A stretch of DNA of 64,000 nt from the human T2T-CHM13v2.0 reference genome, Homo sapiens: the NCBI RefSeq assembly GCF_009914755.1, contig NC_060940.1; one strand, written 5' to 3'. Shown here one piece after another: positions 22,505-64,000 of the stretch; position 1 is the first letter of the stretch; each line of letters opens with the position of its first letter. The notes below the pieces were generated by a model that was not told the origin of the DNA, made no database searches, and saw only the letters and a program-made list of their open reading frames with translations. Both the position numbers and the translations under genes were made by a program.

Positions 22505-23049
22505 GTATGAGGTTCTTCCTGCCATCCTGCCATCATTTGTTTTTTATGTTTTGTCGCCAAAAGTGACCTTGAGGAACCCTGGGAGCTCAGGAAGGAAGGA
22601 GCGCCCAGAAGCAGGGACAGGGAGCTGGTTGGGGAGGACCAGAAATCAGGTTTGTGAAGGTTCCAGAGAGGACCTGTCCTTGCGAGGAGTGTGGGAGACT
22701 GAGATGGGGGAGGGGTCATTGGAATGATGCGGGCGCTACTTGGCATTGTCCATTGTGAGGCACCACCGGGGTCATCAGGGATTGGTGGAGAGGGAGTATA
22801 AAGCCCCAGGTTTGCTAAGGGAGGGCCCAGACCGAAGAAGGTTTGGCGGATAGCAGAACCTTTTTGTCTCCCTCTAATTGCTCCTAAGCCTCACGCTCCC
22901 TTGCCCCGCGTGTCCTGTTGCTTCCCTGATCTTCTCCGTGACCTGTAGCTAAACCTTCCACCAGCGCTTGAGAACTTAATTTGAACCGGATCCTTTCCCA
23001 GACCCCTTTCTTCTTCTCCTCCTCCACCTCCTCCAGGTGCCCAACAGCC

Positions 23050-23240
23050 CCCTTCTCCTCCTTTCCCTTCCCTTACTTCCCCCCTTCCCCTCCCCTTCCC
23101 CTCCCCCTCCCCTCCCCTTCCCCTCCCCTTCCCCTTCCCCTCCCCCTCCCCTTCCCCTCCCCCTCCCCTTCCCCTCCCCCTCCCCTCCCCCGCCCCAACT
23201 CAGATCCGGCCCCGGTCCCCGTCCCCTTCCCTCCCCCCTG
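23050..23240. repeat. (CCCCT/CCCTT)n polypyrimidine tract
   Basis: Nearly pure C/T on the + strand, just upstream of the signal-peptide exon. Confidence 0.9.
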
Positions 23241-23299
23241 CCCTAAGCCACCTCCACCTCTGTCCTGGCCGCCTCAGGGCACCCTGAAAGGATCAGGAC

Positions 23300-37343
<14,044 letters not shown>

Positions 37344-37408
37344 GTCGAAAAAAAGAAAAAAATCAAAAAACAAAACAAAACCCACGCTCCAAAAACAAAC
37401 TAACGAAG

Positions 37409-37440
37409 AATAAATAAATAATATAAAAATAAAATAAATA
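37409..37440 (+). terminator. Clustered AATAAA poly(A) signals of the NPIP gene
   Basis: AATAAA at 37409, 37413 and 37428 in an A-rich tract, followed by GT/T-rich sequence. Confidence 0.7.
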
Positions 37441-38405
37441 CTGCAGTCCTTATGTTATTGCTTTGTTTCAATATCTGGTATGATTGCCTGAGGGACCTGA
37501 GGTTTTTAATTAATTGTAGGGTTTTTTTTTTAATCTTTAGAAGTGGTTGGTTATGTAAAATATTATTATTATTATTATTTTTTTTGAGACTGGATTTTGC
37601 TGTGTCACCCAGGCTGGAGTGCAGTGGCTCGATCACAGCTCACTGCAGCCTCAACCTCCTGGGCTTCAAGCAATCCTCCTGCCTCAGCCTCCCAAGTAGC
37701 TGGGATCACAGATGTATGTGTGCCACCACGCCTGGCCAATGTTAAAAAATCCTTTAACTTTTTTGTAGAGATGCACTCCTGGACTCAAGCGATCCTCCTA
37801 CTGGTCCCGACCACCAGCCTCTTTCTGATAAACATTTACACTTTATTATCTGATGCCATTTCTATCTTCTTCCTTGTCGTCCAGACATCAAAGAATTAGG
37901 TTTCTTCAGGGTTTTCTTTTTCAAGTGCTCATTGTTAAAGATCACTCACATTAGGGCCAGACACCACGACTCATGCCTGTAATCCCAGCACTTTGGGAGG
38001 CCGAGGCGGGCAGAGCACTTGAGGTGGGGAGTTTGAGACCAGCCCGGCCAACTTGGTGAAACCCCACCTCTACTGAAAAACATACAAAAATTAGCTGGGC
38101 GTGATGGTGCATGTCTGTAGTCCTAGCCACTTGGGAGGCTGAGGCATGAGAATCGCTTGAACCCAGGAGGCAGAGGTTGTAGTGAGCCAAGATCACATCA
38201 GCACACTCTAGCCTGGGTGACAGAGCGAGACTCTGACTCAAAAAATAAATAAAATAAATATCACTTACATTAGATATACCCAAGGGGTGTTCTATAGAGA
38301 GTTGGAAGCAGTGGTTATTGCAACAGGGGCACGGAAGTCATCTGGCTATGCCAGGATGCCCAGGGGATACTCGGGGTGGGTGGCATGGTGCTGCTGGGGA
38401 CTCAC

Positions 38406-38512
38406 CGCACAGGACGCTCTGATTGACGCACTGCCAGGAGTAGCGCTCTGTCTTGGGGCTGCAGCCGGCCTCCTCAGCTCGAGTGTAACAACAGTCGTGG
38501 CCATGGCAGCAC
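38406..38512 (-). pseudogene. PLA2G10P: PLA2G10 pseudogene exon 3 (catalytic His-Asp segment)
   Basis: cgcAG|(W)CCHGHDCCYTRAEEAGCSPKTERYSWQCVNQSVLC(G)|gtgagt, 107 nt. Exon 4 not found in the window. Confidence 0.92.
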
Positions 38513-38629
38513 CTGCGGATGTCACATGGGCAGGACAGCAGGTGGGTGAAGCTCTCTCCTGGCCCTCCTCTCTTGCCAGGACCATGGGTGACTGAAGACC
38601 CCCAGGGAGGCACAGCATCCTCTTATCTA

Positions 38630-41742
<3,113 letters not shown>

Positions 41743-41967
41743 TAAGGCAACGTTTTCAGCCCATGGCCAGGGTAAGGGGCAGCTGGTACCAAGATCTGGC
41801 TTCACTGGCCATGTTATCCAAGAGGCCTCTGCCTGCCTGCAAAGTAGTACTGCACACTGGGATCTCCCTGGACCAAATCCCAGCTTCAGTTTTGGGTACT
41901 TCCTCATAAGCCTTGACTACCCCAGAGTGTGAGGGATTTTGTAGCCTGGTCCCAGGCATGCACTCAC

Positions 41968-42118
41968 CAGTCAATGGCATCGCAGGGCTGGCCATGGCCT
42001 CCCAAGCCACAAAAGGAACCATATTTCGTATAGGCGATGGGAGTCTAGGGACCAACACAACCCACAATTCCTGCCAGTTCCAGGATCCCACGCCGGTGCA
42101 CACATAATATCCTGGAGG
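41968..42118 (-). pseudogene. PLA2G10P: PLA2G10 pseudogene exon 2 (propeptide and Ca2+-binding loop)
   Basis: cccAG|(A)SRILCVHRRGILELAGIVGCVGP*TPIAYTKYGSFCGLGGHGQPCDAID(W)|gtgagt, 151 nt. Stop at 42045-42047; YGCFCG changed to YGSFCG at 42015-42017. Confidence 0.92.
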
Positions 42119-42533
42119 CTGGGGGGTAAACGAAGGTGACAGGCTGCAGGTCAGGGCTTCCCAGACCCCTGGGAAGGGCATGAGCCTGAGAAGAGCCTAG
42201 GTGTTACAGCCTGGCTGTCTGGGTTTGAATCCTACTTCCTAGCTGTGTGACCTTGGACGAATTCCTAACCTCTCTGGGCCTTGGTTTCCTCATCTGTGAA
42301 ATGGGGGGTAAGCTGATTTCAACTCATATGAATGAAATGAGATAATGAGTATAAAGCCCCTGGTGCATGAAAAGGCTATTATAATCCAGCTGGGCTCAGT
42401 GGCTCACACCTGTAATCCCAAGACTTTGGGAGGCCCAGGTGGGCAGATCACCTGAGGTCAGCAGTTCAAGATCAGCCTGGCCAACATGGTGAAACCCCAT
42501 CTGTAGTAAAAATACAAAAATTAGCTGAGCCTA

Positions 42534-42692
<159 letters not shown>

Positions 42693-43290
42693 CTATTATA
42701 ATCAAGGTCCTCAAGGTAGCCAAGAAGGGAAAAAAGAGTCGTGCATGAAACGTTTGTCCAGTTCCCTGTGTTGGGCACTGGGCATCACGGATGTGCCTAC
42801 AGGTGTCTGTCACCAAGGTGGGCTCCTCTGTGGCAGCTCCCGGGCCCTGGCACTGCCCTGTGCTCATGACTTCCCCTCCAGACTCAGGGCCCTTGGTATC
42901 TCCTCTTATTTTCACTGCCAGACAGGAAGGCCCCTTGGCCTGAGTCCAGCCATTTTTCTAGATCCTGGCACAGCTTGGACATGTAATGGTGCCCAACGCA
43001 TGTGACTGGAACCCCTGCATTGGACATGAAGGAAACGAGGCCAGCTGGGAAAGGTAACCCCACATTCCCACAGCCAGCAGGAACCCAAGCAGAGGCTTCA
43101 ACCCAGGCTTCTGACTTGCAAACCAGTGCTCCTTCCTCCTTACACAGTAACAACAGGGGAACGTGGCCTTCCGGGTTGCCAGAGCCGAGTGGTACCAGCA
43201 ATAGAGTGGAAACTCACACACAGGCTTGCCTGCTTCCTGGGTTAGGGTTAGGGTTTATATGGCTCCGGGAGGTTGATGCATTGTGTTTGA

Positions 43291-43674
<384 letters not shown>

Positions 43675-43970
43675 TAGCTAGCTCACTGCAGCCTCCAAAT
43701 CCTGGGCTCAAGCGATCCTCCTGCCTCAGCCTCCAGACATATGGGCATGCACCACCATGCCCAGCTAATTTTTAAATTTTTAGTAGATCTGGGGTCTCAC
43801 TATGTTGCCCAGGCTGTTAACAAACTCCTGGCCTCAAGTGATTCTCCTGCCTTGGCCTCCGAAGGCGCTGGGATTCCAGGCATGAGCCACCATGCCCAGT
43901 CTCATTTCTGTTTTATCTAGAACATGTTTTCATCACACTGACTTTTTTGAGAAGTCCAGGCCAGATTTAA

Positions 43971-45771
<1,801 letters not shown>

Positions 45772-45960
45772 ACAAAAAATTAAAATTTAGCCGGACATGG
45801 TTGTGTGTGCCAGTAGTCCAAGCTGCTGGGGAGACTGAGGCAGGAGGATCACTTGAGCCCAGGAACTTAAGGTCTATTTAAGTAAAGGGTACAGTGAGCT
45901 GTGATTATACCACTGCACTCCAGCCTGGGGAATAGAGCAAGACCCTGTCTCTAAAAAAAG
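45772..45960 (+). repeat. Right part of the host Alu (AluJ-like) whose left part is at 1635-1724
   Basis: Starts at the Alu linker acaaaaaattaaaatttagcc and runs to the A tail. Confidence 0.75.
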
Positions 45961-47604
45961 GTAACAAAATAACATGAATGGATTCCATTTTAAGAGAATG
46001 AAGCATCATTGTGTAAGACTATGAAATTGGAAGCAAAGAGCATGAAGCCCAAAAAAAAAAAAAACCATCTGAAGTCAGGGTGCCTGGGGTCAGAGGTGGG
46101 GGGAGGATTGAAGAGGTGCAGATGTAAAAAACTGAAGCTACTGTGACCAGTGGATTCGGGAGTTGAAGGAGTCAAGAATGACACATTCTCCTGACTGGAG
46201 GATAAACAAATATGACTGTTTTCAAGAAATAGCTGGAATATTCTTTGTGTTCAGAAGTACAAGAACAGCACATATGGAGGGCGGACTGATACTGAAGTTG
46301 AAGAGAAGCCTTCTGACGTGCACTAACTAGATTCTAGACTCAGCTTCTGTCACAAGGAGCCCCAAACAGTGACTCAGCAAAATAGCTTATTTCTCATGTG
46401 ACAGTTCAGAGGTGATTGGTCCAGGGTTAGGGTTAGACAACAACCGTTATGCAAAATCATCTAGGGACCCAGGGCTGCGCTGTCATGTTGCTCTTGCATC
46501 CCCAAGGTTGTCATCTGTGTGGTTAAAGCGGCTCACCAGCCCCAAGTCCTCGTTCAAGCCCATGTAAAAGGAAGCGGAAATACAGGGCCTGGAAATTACA
46601 CTGATCCCATTGGCCAGAACTTAGTCTCACCTTCTTACCACCCTATATGTGAGACTAAAATGCCTCTAGCTGGATAGTTACATGTTCATTTAAACTTGGG
46701 TCATTTTGTTTCTAAATGAAGGGAAGGGGCACAAGTATTAGTCTGTCACAGAAGAGAAAGAACAGAGAGAAAGGTTTTGAAGGGAATGACTTATAAATAG
46801 TTACCCGAAGTCTGGTCGTGGCTGACATCAGAGCCAGCATGTTGACCACTTCCATACTGCGTGCTTTAGCTGCCTTATCTCACTTAATCTCAGAATAACC
46901 CTATTGTCATTCCCAACTTGTAGATGGGAAAACAGACCCAAAGAGAAGTGATTTACCTTCCACACAATGGGGAAGTAAGGGGGCTAGGTGCACGTCAAGG
47001 CAGCCTGTGCCTGGCTCTTATACCTGGTGCTGCTTACATTTCCAGAGGGGGCAGCCTAGAGGAGAGGCCTAGGGACTGGACTCAACGTGCGAGTGCTTGG
47101 TGGAAGGGAAGCCAGAGGATCGAGTGGCCAGAGGTTAAGAACCAGGGAGGAGCAGTGATGAAAAGGCTGGAGAGCTTATGCATTTCAGGGCTGGGCTGCC
47201 AAGTACCTCACTTGGCCAGTTCAGCATTCTTAGGCAGGAGGCACAGCCATTGTGTTGTCCAATGCCAGGGTATATACCTTTTTCAGTTTCCAATCTACCA
47301 ATGGTGACCTTTGAACAGCATTGTCAAACCCTTTTCTGCCCAGGGCTAGATAGTATATATTTTAAGCTTTGTGGGCCACACGTGGATTGTCACTCCTTTT
47401 CTTAACTTTTTTTTTTTTTTTTGAGACAGGGTCTCCGCTCTGTCGCCCAGGCTGTTAACTACCGTTAACATTTTAATGCCTCTCTTTCTGGTGTGTGTAT
47501 ATTTATTACTAGACTGGAATCATCCTATATCTATGTCATCTGTTGCTGTTTCCTGTCCCTTTACATAAAGTGAGCTGCTTTCTGAAATTTTATTTATTTT
47601 ATAA

Positions 47605-47907
<303 letters not shown>

Positions 47908-48643
47908 TAGCTAATCCCCTGGGTTGGAAGGTGGGAGGGCATAGGGGCCAAAAGGACAAGGCTCAAGTCAAGATGCCTGGGTTCACATTCCAGCCCTTCC
48001 CTTAGAAGCTGCCACCCTTGGGACAATCTCGCTTCTCTAAGCCTCAGCGGCTTCATCTGTGAAAGATCATCTCTCTTTGTTGGAGTTGCTGTGCATTCCG
48101 TGAAAGGGCCGTATATGCCAAGTGACCCTCATGCCAAAGGAGCCAAAAAAAAAAAGGAAGCAGACAAATCCAGTTTGTCAGTTTTGGGTGATTTATTAAG
48201 GAACTTACACACAAAAGCATGGTCTTGGGCTGCGCCATGACAGATCTCCACACCACAGCCCCAAGACCTACCGCTTATGTCTTGGAGCAAAAGCATAGTG
48301 CTCTGGAAGGAATGTATAGGTGGCTACAGTGCTCACAGCCTGTCATTTCTGCAACAGGGTGGTTTTGGAGGAAATTTACAATTAACAGACGTTCCTACAT
48401 AAACAGTCATACATCCACCAGGCATGGTGGCACACACCTATAGTCCCAGCAACTCAGAAGACTGAGGTGGGAGGATCACCTGAGCCTGGAAGGTCGAGGC
48501 TTCAGTGAGCTGTCATCACACCACTGCATTCCAACCTGGGTGACAGACAGACTGTCTCAAGACACAAAAGCACGAGAAGAGAAGCAGTTTGAATAAAGTA
48601 CTGTCTCTAATGAAAAGTACTTTAGGCTGGGCATGGTGGCTCA

Positions 48644-48940
<297 letters not shown>

Positions 48941-48971
48941 TTAAAAAAGCCAGACGTAGGCAGGTGGATCA

Positions 48972-49221
<250 letters not shown>

Positions 49222-50066
49222 TCACACCAGTAATCCCAGCACTTTGGGAGGCCAAGTCGGGAGGATTGCCTGAGCCCAGGAGTTTGAGACCAGCATGGAC
49301 AACATGGTGACACCCGTCTTTATAAAAATTTTTTAAAAAATAAAAGGTAATACATCAAGACTGTGTACAGTGGCTCATGCCTGTAATCTCAGCACTTTGG
49401 GAGGCCAAGGCGAGAATTGCTTGAGATCAGGAATTTGAGACCACCCTGGGCAACATAACAAGACCCCAACTCTACAAAAAAAAAATTTTAATGAGCAGGG
49501 GGCATTTGTTGAGCTGGCCTATTGTCCCAGCTACTTGGAGGCTGACAGTTCAAGTGCCAGGGTCCGAGCCAGAAGATGTGGGGTGTAACCTATGGTGAAC
49601 GGGTTGTGGTCTGTATCACACCAGAGTTCATAGCCTAAGTAAAGGGGAGAGGAGGCAGCGACTGTGCTGCCGGGGTGGGAACCAAACTTCCCTTTCAGTC
49701 TCTTCCACTGACCTGACACTTCCCTTGTAGGGCCTCAGGATCCTCATCTTTCTAATGAAGAGGATCGTTTCCAAAGGATGGCAAACTTCAGTACCTTCTA
49801 ATCAGTTATCTAAATTTTTTTTTTTGAGACGGAGTCTTGCTCTGTCACCCAGGCTGGAGTGCAGTGGCGTGATCTTGGCTCACTGCAACCTCTGCCTCGG
49901 ATTCAAGCGATTCTCCTGCCTCAGCCTCCTGAGTAGCTGGGATTACAGGCATCCACCACCATGCCTGGCTATCAGTTATCTAATTTTATTTTACTTAAAA
50001 TTATTGAGGTGAAATAACATAAAGTAACCATTTTATTTATTTATTTCTATTTATTTATTTATTTGA

Positions 50067-50228
<162 letters not shown>

Positions 50229-50431
50229 TAGTAGAGATGGGTTTCGCCATGTTGACCTGGCTGGTCTCGAACTCCTGACCTCAGGTGATCTGCCCACTTT
50301 GGCCTCCCAAAGTATTTATTTTATTTTGAGACAGGGTCTTGCTCTGTCATCCTGGCTGGAGTGCAATGATAGCTCACTGCAGCCTTGAACGAACTCGTGG
50401 GTTCTCAGCCTCCATCTCAGCCTCCAGATAA

Positions 50432-50650
<219 letters not shown>

Positions 50651-50947
50651 TGAGGTTTCACCATATTGGCCAAGCTGGTCTCAAACTTCTGATCTCGGGT
50701 GATCCACCTGCCTCAGTCTCCCAAAGTGCCATGCCCAGCTAATTTTTAAATTGAGACCAGGTCTCCCTGTGTTAACCATGCTGATCTTGAACTTCCAGGA
50801 TCAAGTGATCCTTCTGCCTGCGCCTCCCAAAGTGCTGGAATTCCAGGCATAAGCCATCATGGCTGGCCTGATTTTTTAAAAGAAACAGAAATTGGGATTT
50901 TATTGTGAAATCTCCTGATCTTAGTATATTGGATTTCATTATTTTTA

Positions 50948-51051
50948 CATCAGGCAGATAATGTGTCAATGTCAAAACAAGGTTTGAGGGAGGTGCAACT
51001 CACGCATGAGCATGGAAACACAGTCATCACGTTTATGAACTACAAAAAGAT
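50948..51051 (-). ncRNA. SNORD13-like: U13 (SNORD13) snoRNA retrocopy / pseudogene
   Basis: Minus strand atctttttgtagttcataaacGTGATGActgtgtttcc...aaccttgttttgacattgacacattatctgcCTGA matches recalled U13; box C at 51024-51030 and box D at 50950-50953. Confidence 0.85.
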
Positions 51052-51198
51052 GTGGCTTTAATTATTTGAAAGACATCTTGGCCAGGCCCGGTGGCTCACT
51101 CCTGTAATCCCAGCACTTTGGGAGGCCGAGGCAGGTGGATCACCTGAGGTCAGGAGATCGAGACCATACTGGTCAACATGGTGAAACCCTGTCTCTAC

Positions 51199-51578
<380 letters not shown>

Positions 51579-51589
51579 TCAGTTACTCA

Positions 51590-51718
<129 letters not shown>

Positions 51719-51900
51719 TCAATACTATATAAGACAAGCAGGCCGGGCACGGTGGCTCAAGCCTGTAATCCCAGCACTTTGCGAGGCCGAGGTGGGCGGA
51801 TCACAAGGTCAGGAGATCGAGACCATCCTGGCTAACATGGTGAATTGCGAGGCCGAGGTGGGCGGATCACAAGGTCAGGAGATCGAGACCATCCTGGCTA

Positions 51901-52195
<295 letters not shown>

Positions 52196-52430
52196 TTATT
52201 GAGACTTCCATGCAGAACTTTGTGGAAAGCAAAGCACTGGGGAGAGATTCCATGAACATCATTCATTTAAACACCCATTTGTTATTTTATTTTATTTATT
52301 TTATTTTATTTTATTTTTTTGAGACGGAGTCTTGCTCTTGTCACCCAGGCTGGAGTGTAGTGGCGTGATCTCAGCTCACTGCAACCTCCGTCTCCTGGGT
52401 TCAAGTGATTCTGCCGCCTCCTCCTCCTGA

Positions 52431-53216
<786 letters not shown>

Positions 53217-53389
53217 TAGACTTTTATTATATTTTTTGAGACAGGGTCTCACTGTGTCTCCCAGGCTGGTGTGCAGTGGTACAAGCACAGCTCACTGAAG
53301 CCTCCCAGCTCAAGCAATCCTCTCACCTCAGCCTCCCGGGTAGCTGGAACGTGCCACCACACCTGGCTAATTTTTCTATTTTTTGGTAG

Positions 53390-53506
<117 letters not shown>

Positions 53507-54101
53507 TAAACACCCATTTATTGTGCACTTTCTCTGCACCAGGCCCTGATCTGAGCCCCATGCACAGATGTGAACAAGACCTTACTCTCCAGGGACCAGG
53601 GGAAAGAAGTGCTACTTCTGTGCTCTGGAGAACCGAGTTCTCCAATCAGAAAAGATGAGAATGGAGGCCAGGTGCAGTGGTGACTAACGCCTGTACTCAC
53701 ACTTTGGGAGGCCGAGGCAGGAGGATCACCTGAGGTTAGGAGTTCGAGAGCAGCCTGGCCAACATGGTGAAAACCTATCTCTACTAAAAATACAAAAATT
53801 AGCCAGGTGTGGTGCCGTGTGCCTGTAATCCCAGCTACTTGGGAGGCTGAGGCAGAAGAATTGCTTGAACCTGGGAGGTAGAGGTTGCAGTGAGCTGAGA
53901 TTCCCGCCACTGCACTCCAGCCTGGGGGACAGAGAGAGACTGTCTCAAAAAAAAAAAAAAAGTTTTTTAAATTTAAAAAGGCAGCCGGGCGCAGTGGCTC
54001 ACGCCTGTAATCCCAGCACTTTGGGAGGCCGAGGCGGGCAGATCATGAGGTCAGGAGATCGAGAACCTCCTGGCTAACACAGTGAAACCCCATCTCTACT
54101 A

Positions 54102-55439
<1,338 letters not shown>

Positions 55440-55919
55440 TAGCAGCCTTGACCTCCTAGGCTCAAGCAAGCCCCCTGCCTCAGTCCCCCAAGCAGCTGGA
55501 ACTACAGATATGTGCCACCATGTCCGGCTAATTTTTTTTTTTTTTGAGGTGGAGTCTCGCTCTGTTGCACAGGCTGTAGTACAGTGGTGTGATCTTGGCT
55601 CACTGCAACTTCTGCCTCCCAGAGGCAGAGGATTACTCACACCTGTAATCCCAGTTTAGGGAGGCTGAAGCGGGCAGACAGCTTGAGGCCAGGAGTTTGA
55701 CACCATCCTGGCCAACATGGTGAAAGCCTGTCTCTGCTAAATAAAAAAATTAGCCAGGCATGGTGGCACATGCCTGTGGTCCCAGCTACTCAGGAGGCTG
55801 AGGCACAAGAATCGCTCGAACCCAGGAGGCGTAGTTTTCAGTGAGCTGAGATCTCACCATTGCACTCCAGCCTGGGCGACAAGAGACTTCGTCTCAAAAA
55901 AAAAAAAAAAAAAAAAAAA

Positions 55920-56951
<1,032 letters not shown>

Positions 56952-57031
56952 TGAACTCCTGACCTCAGGTGATCTGCCTGCCTTGGCCTCCCAATGTGCT
57001 GGGATTACAGGTGTGAACCACCACACCCGGA

Positions 57032-61647
<4,616 letters not shown>

Positions 61648-61826
61648 TGAGTAGCTGAGACTACAGGCACGCACCACCACACCCAGCTAATTTTTGTACT
61701 TTTAGTAGAGATGGGGTTTCACCATGTTGGCCAGAATGGTCTCGATCTCTTGACCTTGTGATCTGCCCGCCTCAGCCTCCCAAAGTGCTGGGATTACAGG
61801 TGAGAGCCACCGTGCCCGGCCATATA

Positions 61827-61860
<34 letters not shown>

Positions 61861-62249
61861 GAAACAGAGTCTCACTTGTTAACCCAGGCTGGAGTGCAGT
61901 GGCGCAATCTTGGCTCACTGCAACCTCCACCTCCCAGATTCAAGCAATTTTGTATTTTCAGTAGAGATGGAGTTTCACCGTGTTGCCCAGGCTGGTGTCA
62001 AACTCCTGACCTCAAGTGATCCACCCGCCTCAGCCTCCCAAAGTGCTGGGGTTACATGCGTGAGCCAGTGCAGATATGTTTTGGTCCCCAGCAGGATATG
62101 TTTTGGTCCAATTTATGGAGGAGGAGGAAGGAGGAGAGTGAGGAGGAGGCGGAGAAGGAGAGAGGTCCCAAGGAGGCCTCCCATCAAGTTCCGTTCCCAA
62201 GGCAATGCTTCCCTGCTGATGCTCAGCAAGCAGTGAAAGAATGCAGCAC

Positions 62250-62912
<663 letters not shown>

Positions 62913-63150
62913 GGGAGACCAGGCTCGGTGGCTCAGGTCTGTAATCCGAGCACTTTGGGAGGCCGAGGTGGGAGGATGGCTTGAGCCAAGGAGTTTGAGA
63001 CCAGCCTTGGCAACATAGAGAGACCCCACCTTTACAAAAAATTAGCAGGGTGTGGTGGAACTTGCTATAGCACCAGCTACTCAGGAGGCTGAGGTGGGAG
63101 GATTGCTTGAGCCTGCGGGGGTGAGACTGCAGTGACCTGTGATCGAGCTA

Positions 63151-63853
<703 letters not shown>

Positions 63854-64000
63854 TGAGATGGAGTTTTGCTCTTGTTGCCCCATTGGCGCAATCTCGGCTC
63901 ACCACAACCTCCGCCTCCCAGGTTCAAGCGATTCTCCTGCCTCAGCCCCCCGAGTAGCTGGGATTACAGGCATGAGCCACCATGCCCGGCTAATTTTGTA

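Noticed and set aside
62070-62245. Purine-rich patch encoding Glu- or Arg-rich peptides, with duplicated gatatgttttggtcc
   Set aside because: Low complexity, between an Alu and an L1 fragment; no source gene recognised.

Overview
Human/great-ape genomic DNA, very Alu-rich, matching the 16p11.2 LCR16a segmental-duplication region. The window opens with the last exon of EIF3C (or its near-identical paralog EIF3CL). A ~41-kb block (3187-44176) follows, bracketed by two same-orientation SVA retrotransposons. It carries a complete NPIPB-type gene (most like NPIPB9) with three alternative phase-0 first exons, ACSM1-derived exons, HCN2 and PAWR retrocopies, a solo LTR2B, and a PLA2G10 pseudogene whose exons are circularly permuted (exons 2 and 3 at the right end, exon 1 at the left). 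The flanks, interrupted Alus and TSD-like sequences of the two SVAs match crosswise. This is the footprint expected if a ~42-kb circular DNA integrated by SVA x SVA recombination; I recall a similar model has been published for lcr16a, so novelty needs checking. Other notable signals are a 52-nt exact copy of a neighbouring intronic Alu inside an NPIP coding exon, phase-compatible relic exons of an antisense gene (weakly RING/RNF168-like) in the NPIP introns, and an intact two-exon ACSM1-derived 68-aa ORF. The last 18 kb is intergenic: Alus, L1 relics, a U13 retrocopy and a solo LTR12C. Gene and repeat names come from recalled sequences, not database searches.
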